From Lingula anatina (taxonomy: Eukaryota; Animalia; Brachiopoda): a stretch of DNA of 64,000 nucleotides. The stretch's first letter is position 1. The number at the start of each line of letters is the position of its first letter. The DNA is taken from positions 55,592,788 through 55,656,787 of the forward strand of contig CM120640.1 in NCBI GenBank assembly GCA_051362555.1, read 5' to 3'. Both the position numbers and the translations under genes were made by a program. Of this stretch, positions 39,469 to 51,400 are shown one piece after another. The notes beneath the pieces are model-generated. The model was not told the origin of the DNA. It searched no databases and worked only from the letters and a program-made list of their open reading frames with translations.

Positions 39469-42400
39469 TTTAGGTGAATGGGCCAAATGCCAGAAGGAGA
39501 GCCAGTGTGGCAGCTTTGCCGAGAATGCTGGGTGGTACTGGGGGAGTAGGTTTTTCTGCATCATCCCCAGTAAGTAAATGAAAAACTCCTTTGATATTTG
39601 GATACTTTTGCTTGTATAATGTGACATAAAAGAGTATAATTGTCATTCATAGAATATTTTATTTATAAGTCTTGTATTGATTCTAAACATTGAATGTTCT
39701 GATGTGCTTGCACAATTGCTTATGTGAATGCACCGTGCCTTGTGTTCTGTTTAAACAGATAGATTTACTCTTTTTAAGTATGCCCTTTAAGTTTATACAT
39801 TGGTTGGCAGTTCAGAATATTTTGCAGCACTTAATGATAATACAACTATCTGACAAAATAATGTTTTAAATATAGATCCATTCCATATGGAAATATTCGT
39901 GTTTTGCTTTATTCCCTTTTGCATAGTCATTTGTTTAGATATATCACCAGTAGTCAATGTGAATGTTGTTTATTTTGTGTTTTTTTCAAGTTAGAGGAAA
40001 AGTTGGTAGTAGATCCAAATAATGAGGTAAGGTATTGGGCTGGATTTTTTGGGGGACTGACTTGTACAAGTCATATGATGTTTTTACACTAAGGGTTGCA
40101 TGCCTTTACTAATACCATCAGGTTTTTGCCAGTGCCTTTGTAGGACATCTGGTAGTACATGTAAGAGTTAGATTTAACATTTTCTAAGATGTTGGAATTT
40201 TAACTAACAGTGTTAATTGGCTCGTTGATAAAAATATTCTAGATGATTGCAGGCTGTATTATGTTAATTTATGCTAAATGATAAAAACAATGTCTGTTTA
40301 AGTATATGTGATATGAAAAGGTCACTGGTTGATTTGAACATGCTTTATGCCAGTATTGCTCAAATTGCTGTCAAGTTTCTGAAGTTATAACATGTTAAGC
40401 ACTTTTTATGTACAGACACAGATGTGTCTGTACATATTGCCATCACCTGCGTCTGTCGTCGCCGTCGCCGTCGCCGATGCCGATGCCGGCGCCGTGCACT
40501 TTCCTTGTAAACACGATAAGTGGAGGGCAGTTTTACTTTTTGGCTTTATATTTACAGAGCTGATGAATATTCATAAAACGCAGGTCAAGTTCGAAAATCA
40601 GCATGATCGGGCCATTATTGTAGAAGTTATGCTGTTTTTTCACTTTTCAGCATATATGCAACCTTGTAAACACATTTTAAGGAAAACCGTTAGGCCTGTT
40701 GTCATGAAACTCACAGGAGTAATCAATCTTACTAAAACGCAGGTCAAGTTCGAAAATCGGCATGATCAGGCCACTATTTTAGTAGTTATGCTGTTTTTTC
40801 ATTTTTCAGCATATATGCAACACTGTAAACACAATATAAGAAAAACAGATAGGCCAATTGTCATTAAACTCCCAGGAGTGGTCAATCTTACTAAAACGCA
40901 GGTTGAGTTCAAAAATCAGCATAATTGGGCCATTATTTTAGAAGTAATGCTGTTTTTTCACATTTCCTCAGATTCAATTCTTAGGCATGTTAACAGTCTT
41001 ATTATTTTACTAATAAGATACATAAAAGTGTTTGTTTGACATTTCCTGCATCTTTACAACATTGTTAGTTGATTATGTAAAAATGATGGTAAACTTGTAA
41101 TCGTGTATTGTGTAATAAAGTGTCAAAAATGGAAATAAACTCATATCATTGCAGTTTGTCAGATTCAATCATCTACTATCTTCAGAATCTCAGAATGGAG
41201 GAAATTGGACATTTAACACTGTTCTATTGATATTTTTCCCATCTCATCAATTTTCTTAGTTGATCTTATAAAAATGGCAGTAAAACGTTTATTTTGTTTT
41301 ATGTTAAAAAAATTGTTAAAAATGAAAAAAAAAAAAAAAAATTCAGAACAGTGCTGTCTTTGTTTACATTTTGGCATTTTCAAGTTGTGACTTTGAAGTT
41401 CCATGGGCCTGAAGACCTTTGCTAGTCACATTTTCTGAATATCCATCATACTAATATTTTATTATTAAAATCGATGGTCATTATGCTGTTAAACATTATG
41501 TAATATTGCATTAAAATTTGAAAAAAAAACTATTTTGGGCACTGCTCCCATGATGACCATTTAAGAAAAACCATGTCACTTACTGTTCTCAAACTTACAG
41601 GAAAGAAATATGGGACTAAAATACAGCTTCAGTAGGCAATGCAGTCTGTTTGGTAATTCTTACTGCCAGTTAAACGTGTTTTTTTTTGTGAAAATTTAAT
41701 TTTTCACATATTGGCATTTTCAAGGTGTGACTTTGAAGTTCCACGGGCTTGAAGACCCATGCTAGTCACATTTTCTGAAAATCCATGATACGTATATTTT
41801 ATTATTAAAAATTGACGGTCATTATGCTGTTAACCATTATGTAATATGGCATCAGAATAGAAGAAAACACAATTTTGGGTGCTGCTGCCATGATGACCAT
41901 TATGGGAAAACCATGTTACTTATGATTGCCAAACTTTCAAAAAAGAAATACAGGACTAAAATGCAGCCTGAGTTGGAAAAGCAGTCTAATTGGCTTCTTT
42001 TTCTGGAAGTTATACATTTTCAAAGTGTGAACTTGTCACACATTTTACTTACATTGGTATTACCTGTTGAGCATAATTAAAATTTGATGTTGAATTTGCA
42101 GTTTAACATAATGTACTTTTGCATCAGAATTGACAGTAGCCTATTTTGTGCATAGTTATTTCCTGTTTTTTGTCTGTACATTTGACAGCTTTGCTGCCTT
42201 GTTTCAAGATAATCTAAAAGTACAATATAATCATTTGAATTTTTCATCTGTTGCACAGCATCATCTAATAAGATATGTTAGAGTAGTTAAAAAGGTAAAA
42301 AAAAAAAAGATTTTTGTATGAGGGTAATAAATGGTCATATATTTGCATGTAGCTCAAGGAGTGGTATCAGAAGTTTTGTACAGCACATATATGATGACAG

Positions 42401-45400
42401 CATTTCATGTACAAAAATGATAATCATAGCTGTTCAGAATTGCTGATAACTGTAAAAATTCAATAAGGGTATTTTTGCCATAAATGAATTATTTTTATTA
42501 CTTCAATTTTAGAAAAAAATCATGTGATTAAACTAATTTTATAAATAAGATTATTTGGTATAATATTAAGAAACATTTGATACCATGCCTTTTAGTAACA
42601 TGTTTCTTATACACTATTGTAAGCTTAGAAACACGTGAAGGTTATGGATATGCATGGGGTATTTGTGCTTATCTTGTAGTATTCCATCTCATTGTTATGT
42701 AAATGTACAATGGGTTTATGTGGTAGTACAGGCTTTATCTTGTAATGCAAAATATAATCATGTATACATCCATTCGTTACATTTACATTTGTTTATTGTA
42801 ATGAACTTATACCAGTTTCTTACACAACTCAAATTAACATGGCTAAAGATTAACCAAATCAATCACTTGTTCAGCCCCTCCCCCCCCAAAAAAAATTGCA
42901 TTTTCTTCTAATTTCTGTTAGAAAATTGTCCATCATGTTCCTAATATCAGCCAAATGATGTAGCTATGTATGAATCATTGTACATTTTTATGTACAGACA
43001 CTGTATGACTTGTCATGTGTCCCTTTGGACCCCCCCCCCCATCCCCCCTTTATAAAGAATATAAATTTCAAATCTTCTCTTCCATTTATGAAACATATAA
43101 GGGTGATGATGCAACTCCAGGATAGATAATATTAATATCATTAAACATTATTTTATCCCGATTTCATTTTCATGGAGTACAAGTACAGATAATTTTAGAA
43201 AATAGAACTACAGAAAATTTTATTAAAAATCTGATCAAAGTATATCTCTAGTAATAATAATAATATGTATTTATTTGCAACTTAAAAAGTTGGATTTTAC
43301 AATAAAAACAAATAGTCGTGAGATGCACAATCTTAAAATATACTTGTAAGTGTTAAAATGATTCGATACACATTAAAAATTCATAAAAAAACTCAGTTCT
43401 TAAAATTTGATAAAGCCCATGGGATAAAAGTTTTTGACGATCGTACAGTCCTCAATTTTGGCACAGTGTACTTATAAACCCGGCGCAAAGTGTAGGAACT
43501 TTCATTTATCTCTGGTAGCAAATGATGGATTTTGTGTCCTTCAGAGTACATGTTATGCAATAATGTTTTAGATAGTTCATCTCTTCTACAAGCAAGAGTG
43601 ATAAGTTTACATGTTTCAAGTGCCCCATCGTAGGACAGCTCTGGGAATATAATCTTACATGCTCTAATCTGGATGGATTCAATTTTATCAATTTGTTGTT
43701 GTGTAAGACCTGGGTGCCACACCTGACATGCATATTCTAATGTAGGTCTGATTACTGATGTATAAAAGCTTGCAAGTTCATTGGTTGGAATACCCGCCCT
43801 TTTCAGAAGCTTAAGATTGTGTAGCCTTTTACTTGCTTTTTTATAAATATCACAGATGTGACCTTCCCAGCTCAAATTACTACTGATCCTAACCCCTAAG
43901 AAGACAGCAGACCCCACTCTCTCAATCCTTTGATTATCTACTAGCAGGGGTGTAGTTTTGTGTCCTTTTTTGGAGAAATCAAATATGATCTCTTTGGTCT
44001 TGGTAGTATTTATTGTTAGTTTATTAGCATGGGACCAGAGAGTGAGTTCTGTTGTTGCATCAGGGAGATTGTCCTGCAGTTTGGTATTCCCGTAGCTTAG
44101 AATTGCGGTGTCATCTACATATTTGAATGTGTCACATTTGGTGCTCAGATCGTTAATCATAATAACAAATAAAACTGGACCAAGTTTTGTGCCTTGTGGT
44201 ACACCAGCATTAATGCGTTGCCAGTCTGATTTCACACTACCTATCTTCACACTTTGTTTCCTCTCAGTTAGGAAGCTGTAAATTCAGTTTGAAATAATTC
44301 CTGGGATACCTAATTCAAACAGTTTTTGATAAAGCAGGGTATAGTCTATTCTATCGAATGCTTTGGTATAATCGACCAAAAGCATTCTGGCATATTGTCC
44401 TAGAGTGTCAGTCTGCCTTGCAATAAGGTCAATAGCTTCGATCAGTGCGTATGTCGTACAGCTCCCTTTCATGCTGCCGAACTGCCTAAGGTCAATCTTA
44501 TTGGTCACAATGTCCCAAATCCATTTAACAATAAAACCCTCCAATAACTTAGAGAGCACCGGGGTTAGAGATATGGGTCTAATGGTAAAGGTGGGGTAAA
44601 CAGATGATCTCACCCTTTGATGAATTAACTGTTAATTGCTTGGTCAAGTTACCTGCCTTGAATCAAGGTGATTCTCTAGGGAGAGGTAGAGTAAACAGAT
44701 TTTCTCACTTATCCAGGTATCCTTTTGATTATCTGCCACTTTTAATTGCTTGACTACTACCCACCTACCCACTACCCACCACACTTAATTAAGATATTCA
44801 TAAAATATCTGTTTACCTGTTTATCCCACCTTTACCTGGAGGATAGGTGGTTATACTTTGACTAGATATATAATAAAACTTTCTGTACTTGTATCTGGAG
44901 GATAGGTCGTTATACTTTGATTAGATATTTAATAAAACTTCCTGTACTTGTACTCGATGAAAAAGGAATTTGTCATAAAATAATTTGTCTAATGATAGAG
45001 TTGCTTTATCATACTAAAAATATTTAGAATGGAATAAGATGTTTTAAACTTTACACCCCTTATATTTGTATATAAATATATGTTCTTGGCTTGGGGGGGG
45101 GGGGGGGAATCATCTGGGGTAAATTGTCCTAGAATCGTCCCTATGTTTGCCAACTTAACTGTCTAGTTTGAATACTAATGGTAAGGAATTGGCCAACTTT
45201 CAAAAAAGTTTGATTGCATATTTGATTTTTTTTTTTGTTTTTTTTTTGTTTTTTTGTTAAAGAGGCCCTGACAAACTGTTAAGGCTACTGTAAACATTTG
45301 CCAAAAACTCCTTATTTACTACCTTATATATATTCTTTTGGATAATAGATATATCTTCAGTGTTTAGTGATTGAACTAATTAAAATTTACACACATCCGG

Positions 45401-48400
45401 TCTTACAGGTGAAGTCATACTGTAAAAACTTTTTAGATTTGCAGCTTAAAAATTAATTAATATTTTAAATTGTGTAAATCCGACATTTTTTTAAATTACA
45501 TCTCCCTGACTCCTGGGTATGATGAAATTTTCAAAACTCCGACCTTTGGGCTTTTATCCTTATTGGCTTTTATTCTTGTCCCTCATATGTTGTGGGATTT
45601 TTATCACTACTTCCTAAGTGACTTTCTGATGGTAAATAATAATCTATTTATTAGTGCATCTCTGTTGAAAACAACTGATCTCAGACTGGTAAAAAAATTT
45701 CAATTCGGTTGATTTCAGTTGTCATATTAAAATTCAAATAACTAGTTTAAGTCCACTAAAGCTACCGGTTTCAAATATAAGTGACTGGCCTTTGTTTACA
45801 ACACCTGTCTCCGGGGAAATACTCGTCCCACTTGTACGTGAAGCGCATCATGAAAATGATTGTATGTGAGGGAAATATATAATTAGAAATTATAATTGTC
45901 GTCTTTTTTAATGTTAAGTAATGTTAGCACATATTGTACACAGCAAAATAAGATTTCAGAAGGAGGATAAAACATGCCTGAAACACGTGTTAGGCGAAAA
46001 TTGCGGCTTACCTTGTGTAACACTTCCGGTAAAATGCAATACTTCCAGAAAGATGGACGTTTTGGCAGATGCCCCTAACAATCCGACGATATCAAAGGTT
46101 TCCATTTGCTGTATTTTAATCAATTCGACCAAACTGACATTTCCATGAAATTAATTAATTAATCTTTGTCGAATTGTTTGGCATATTACCGTATGAACTT
46201 ATACGAAAAGTAAGTTGAGAATTGTCTTTCCCGGTAAGAAACATACCTCCAGATAGAGGAGAGGGATCAAGGTAAGCCTAATTGCAAAGTTACATTATAA
46301 ACTGGACTCGGCATATATTTAACAAATTACACACATAAAAAGCAACATTTGTTGCATGCAGGGCTTTTCCCAGGATTAGGTGTCAGGCCTTCTAAAATTA
46401 CCATCTGTAACTTCCTAAAAAATTTCAGGGAGTCCCAACTTCGACAAGTGCCGGTGTACCATGAAAATCTGACTCCCCTAAAATCTGACTCCCCCCATGA
46501 AATTTTGACTCCCCCCAAAAAAAACATTCATTAATCTCATTTTATTTGAGTAAATGACTATGATTTTGTAGTATGCATAATGGATGATACATTGGCACTT
46601 TTTTGTAGTTTGCAGGTGAAAATTTTCATAAAAAAAAAGAAAAATTAAAAATGTGCACATAATGAAAATGTGGTTCCCCTATGAAAATTTGACTCCCCTA
46701 CAAAAAAACATTCATTAATCTCTAATTAATTTAGTATATGACTGTGATCTTGTAGTATGTAAAATGGTTGATACATTGGCACATTTTTTTGTAGTTTGCA
46801 GTGAGAATTTTAATGAACAAATAAGAAAATTAAAAATGAGCACATAATGAAAATCTGACTCCCCCATGAAAATTTGACTCCCCCTCCACAAAACTTCATA
46901 AAACTTATTTTATTTTGAGTATATGTCTGTGATCTTGTATTATGTAAAATGGTTGATACATTGGCACATTTTTTGTAGTTTGCAGTGAAAATTTTCATTA
47001 TGTGCTCATTTTTAATTTTCTTATTTTTGTACCACCAGCGTTAGCGCTGGCGGTACACATGGTTTCGGTCCCGTCCGGATCGTTCCGCCGGCTCCGCCGG
47101 CTCCGCCGGCTCCGTTGGCTCCGCCGGACGGCTACCGTTACCGCTTCTCCTCCTAGACGGTAAGGGCCCCCGTACCCATCTCATGGATTTAGGTCACCTA
47201 TAATCTCAACTCGTTCCACGTAAAATTTGGACTTTGTCGGTATTGGGGTCTGGGTGTGGCACTCATTGCAATGCACCCTTGTCTAAAAATGGCAAAATTA
47301 AATGCTAATTATCTACCCTACGGAAGGAGTTATGGGAAAAATTTCTATAGACGGCTTTCCAAAAGTCATATGTGTAGATTTCAAATATACCCTTGGATTT
47401 GACCTTTGACCTTTACTTCAAGGTCAAATGGGCCAAAATTTTCAAAAAAATGAAATTTTTTACGAAAAAAAATTTTTTTGCCCTGTTATTCAGACACCAC
47501 ACAGACTTAACCAATAATATTATTGGAAGGTGTTACCCTTCAGGTCATCTTTCATCTCCATGAATTTGGGGTCAATCGGTGCATTTTCACGGGAGTAGCG
47601 GCCATAAGATACCGAAACTGAAAACTGTCTCTAATTCGGGAACCGTTAATGCTAGAGACCCATTCTTTTTTGCATTTTGTAGAGCATGTAAAGCCCAACA
47701 CTGGAGTTGGTCTCGGTTTTTTTGTATTCCATACGGTTTTCGAGTTACGCTGTATCAAAAAGTACATATTGGTGGTAAAAGCAAAATGTGCAGTACGGTA
47801 ATGGATAATAAATTTTGAACTCTGGAAAAATAAAACATAAGGCTTGGCAAAGCAGACAACTTGTGTTCAAAAATGACATTATTTCATCAAATTTGAACTT
47901 CTGAAACTTCAGAGCACCTCCTATTTCAAGAATTTTGACCAAAATGACATTTTCTTTATTTTAATTAATTTTTTCTGTACGAAATTTAAGGCACATTATG
48001 GTAACTCCAAAATTATAACATTTAGTCCCTTATATCTCCAAAACTGGCAGAGATAGGTCCATAGTTACTATTGAAGTTGAATAGGAAGTCATATACTGGC
48101 AATCTTACTATGACCTTGAAAGTGACCTTTGACCTACTTTTCACCATGAACTGAACTTTGCAAATTTTTCTTCCCTTTTATCTCCAAAACTGGCAGAGAT
48201 AGGTCCATAGTTACTATTGAAGTTGAATAGGAAGTCATATACTGGCAATCTTACTATGACCTTGAAAGTGACCTTTGACCTACTTTTCACCATGAACTGA
48301 ACTTTGCAAATTTTTCTTCCCTTTTATCTCCAAAACTGGCTGAGATAGGTCCATAGTTACTATTGAACTTGAATAGGAAGTCATATACTGGCAATCTAAA

Positions 48401-51400
48401 TGTGACCTTAAAATTGACCTTTGACCTACTTTTCCCCATAAACTGAACTTTGCAAAATTTGCTTCCCTTTTATCTCCAAAACTGGCAGAGATAGGTCTAT
48501 AGTTACTATTGAACTTGAATAGGAAGTCATAAACTGGCAATCTAAATGTGACCTTAAAATTGACCTTTGACCTACTTTACACCATGAACTGAATTTTGCA
48601 AATTTTGCTTTCCTTTTATCTCCAAAACTGGCTGAGATAGGTCCGTAGTTACTATTGAACTTGAATAAGAAGTCATATACTGGCAATCTAAATGTGACCT
48701 TAAAATTGACCTTTGACCTACTTTACACCATGAACTGAATTTTGCAAATTTTGCTTTCCTTTTATCTCCAAAACTGGCTGAGATAGGTCCGTAGTTACTA
48801 TTGAACTTGAATAGGAAGTCATATACTGGCAATCTAAATGTGACCTCAAAATTGACCTTTGACCTACTTTTCACCATAAACTGAACTTTGCAAATTTTGC
48901 TTCCCTTTTATTTCCAAAACTGGCAGAGATAGGTCCATAGTTACTGTTGAACTTGAATAGGAAGTCATATACTGGCAATCTAAATGTGACCTTGAAATTG
49001 ACCTTTGACCTACTTTTCACCATGAACTGAATTTTGCAAATTTTGCTTCCCTTTTATCTCCAAAACTGGCTGAGATAGGTCCATAGTTACTATTGAAGTT
49101 GAATAGGAAGTCATATACTGGCAATCTTACTATGACCTTGAAAGTGACCTTTGACCTACTTTTCACCATGAACTGAACTTTGCAAATTTTTCTTCCCTTT
49201 TATCTCCAAAACTGGCAGAGATAGGTCCATAGTTACTATTGAACTTGAAAAGGAAGTCATATACTGGCAATCTAAATGTGACCTTAAAATTGACCTTTGA
49301 CCTACTTTACACAATAAACTGAATTTTGCAAATTTTGCTTCCCTTTTATCTCCAAAACTGGCTGAGATAGGTCCGTAGTTACTATTGAACTTGAATAGGA
49401 AGTCATATACTGGCATTATAAATGTGACATTAAAATTGACCTTTGTCCTACTTTTCACCATAAACTGAACTTTGCAAATTTTGCTTCCCTTTTATCTCCA
49501 AAACTGGCAGAGATAGGTCCATAGTTACTATTGAACTTGAATAGAAAGGCATATACTGGCAATCTAAATGTGACCTTGAAATTGACCTTTGACCTACTTT
49601 TTATCATGAACTGAACTCTGCTAATTTCTTTCTCTTTTAACTTCAAACTTGACAGAGATAGGTCCATAGTTACTCTTGAACTTGAATAGGAAGTCATATA
49701 CTGGCAATTTACTGTGACCTTGAAATTGACCCTTGACCTACCTTACGAAGAACTTAAATTTGATTGTACCATATATATTTTTTGCAGTAGTTTAAAAATT
49801 CTTGTTGATTGCATTTTTACAGCTTGTCAAGCACAAAACTGGTGGCTGTGTCCCTTATTTTGTGTATGTGGGGGTCTATACGAATGCGCTTGCTCCAGCT
49901 GGTGGTACAATATTCGGAGGCGGTATCGCCTCTCTGATCCTCTAGTTTCATTAAAATTTCCACTGCAAACTACAAAAAAATGTGCCAATCTATCCTCCTT
50001 TTTACATACTACAAGATTACAGTCATATACCCAAAATAAAATAAGATTTATGAAGTTTTATGATGGGGGAGTCAAATTTTCACGGGGGAGTCAGATTTTC
50101 ATTATGTGCACATTTTTATCTTTCTTATTTTTTCATTTGAATTTTCACTGCAAACTACAAAAAAATGTGCCAATCTATCCTCCTTTTTACATACTACAAG
50201 ATCACAGTCATATACTCAAATAAAATAAGATGTATGAAGTTTTGTGGAGGGGGAGTCAAATTATCATGGGGGGAGTCAGATTTTCATCATGAAAATCTGA
50301 CTGGGGAGTCACATTTTCATAATGAAAATCTGACTGGGGAGTCACATTTTCATGAGAGTCAGATTTTCATGTTACACCGGGAGGGGGGTTTAAAGACAAA
50401 ATGAAAATATACATATTTGAAAAATTCAAAGGGGGAGGAGTTAAAAATAATGATCTCCCGCTGATGATCTTCCGCGAATGAAGTTCTTGAGTACCTTGAA
50501 CTAATATTAAAATTGCATGTTATTCTTGCTTACATTGCCTTTACGTTTTGCTCGGATCGCGAATGATCTGCTGTCGATATTTCACGAACGATTCTCGGCT
50601 AAAGATATGAACATTCCTATTCGGATCACGAACGATCTCCATATTCATGAGCTAGGTAATCGTTAAATGGTCTTAAATTGCGCAATGGACATAAATAGAA
50701 ATGACGGGTACATTTTCCTTCAAGATAATATCTTGAATTTTTCCTTGTGTCTTCCTCATATAGGATAGCCATCGATAACCTTAACAGTGTAACAACTGAC
50801 AAAGAGCCGCGGCCTGTGACTTCTATTTACCGGCTTAAAAACACACCTTGAGCCAGGTATAATGAAACTAAAGACAAAAGGCCGACGTTCCCACAATTGA
50901 GAACGGGAATTCATATCTAAACCATCTATATTGTGAGTAGCCACTCCCAGGGGCGCACTGTTGTTCCTATCTCCTATTGAGAGTGTTATTACCTGACGCA
51001 TTACCTTCATGTTTGAGCTGGACAACGCGGCCATATTAGGTGACAAACTTTTCAAAAATCATTGAGAGGCCCATTTTAAAGTTCGATGAAATTTTCAAAG
51101 TGAAAAAAATTACATCTGTGAAAATGGGCTTCTGATGAAGGTGAAGTTTTTACCGTAATAGTGATTTTTTGGGTAAAAATGGAAAAATCGGTTTCTCAAA
51201 TTTCTTTTATCTGAGCATCTACACAAACTTTCTATACCAATTTAACGGCACCATTTAATACTCCAAAACCCTACTAGGGATTTTTTTAAAAGCCATAGTT
51301 CAGATTTTATTGTTGATAAAGCAAAATAATGCCTTTGTTTAATGAAAATATGTAATTAGGGGCTCATAACTCCATAACAAAAACATTTTTACCAAAATGA

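Larger units (their letters stand above)
46451..50380. mobile_element. Foldback element whose arms are ~185-bp tandem repeats; split by HINE A copy 3
   Basis: TIR CCGGTGTACCATGAAAATCTGACTC / GAGTCAGATTTTCATGTTACACCGG; symmetry centre TGAAAATTTTCA at 46986-46997. Confidence 0.8.

Noticed and set aside
40392-41039. 215-aa ORF with three 53-aa repeats
   Set aside because: It results from 159-bp HINE repeats that happen to be a multiple of 3; the sister copy has mostly 161-bp units and no equivalent ORF
48280-49697. Series of similar minus-strand ORFs (MPVYDFLFKFNSNYGPIS...)
   Set aside because: Translations of the 146-bp satellite in rotating frames
48023-49740. Regular arrays (146 bp here, 109 bp at 60252-60905, 161 bp at 800-1430) as CRISPR-like arrays
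   Set aside because: Whole units repeat with no unique spacers, there are no cas genes, and the context is a eukaryotic intron or flank
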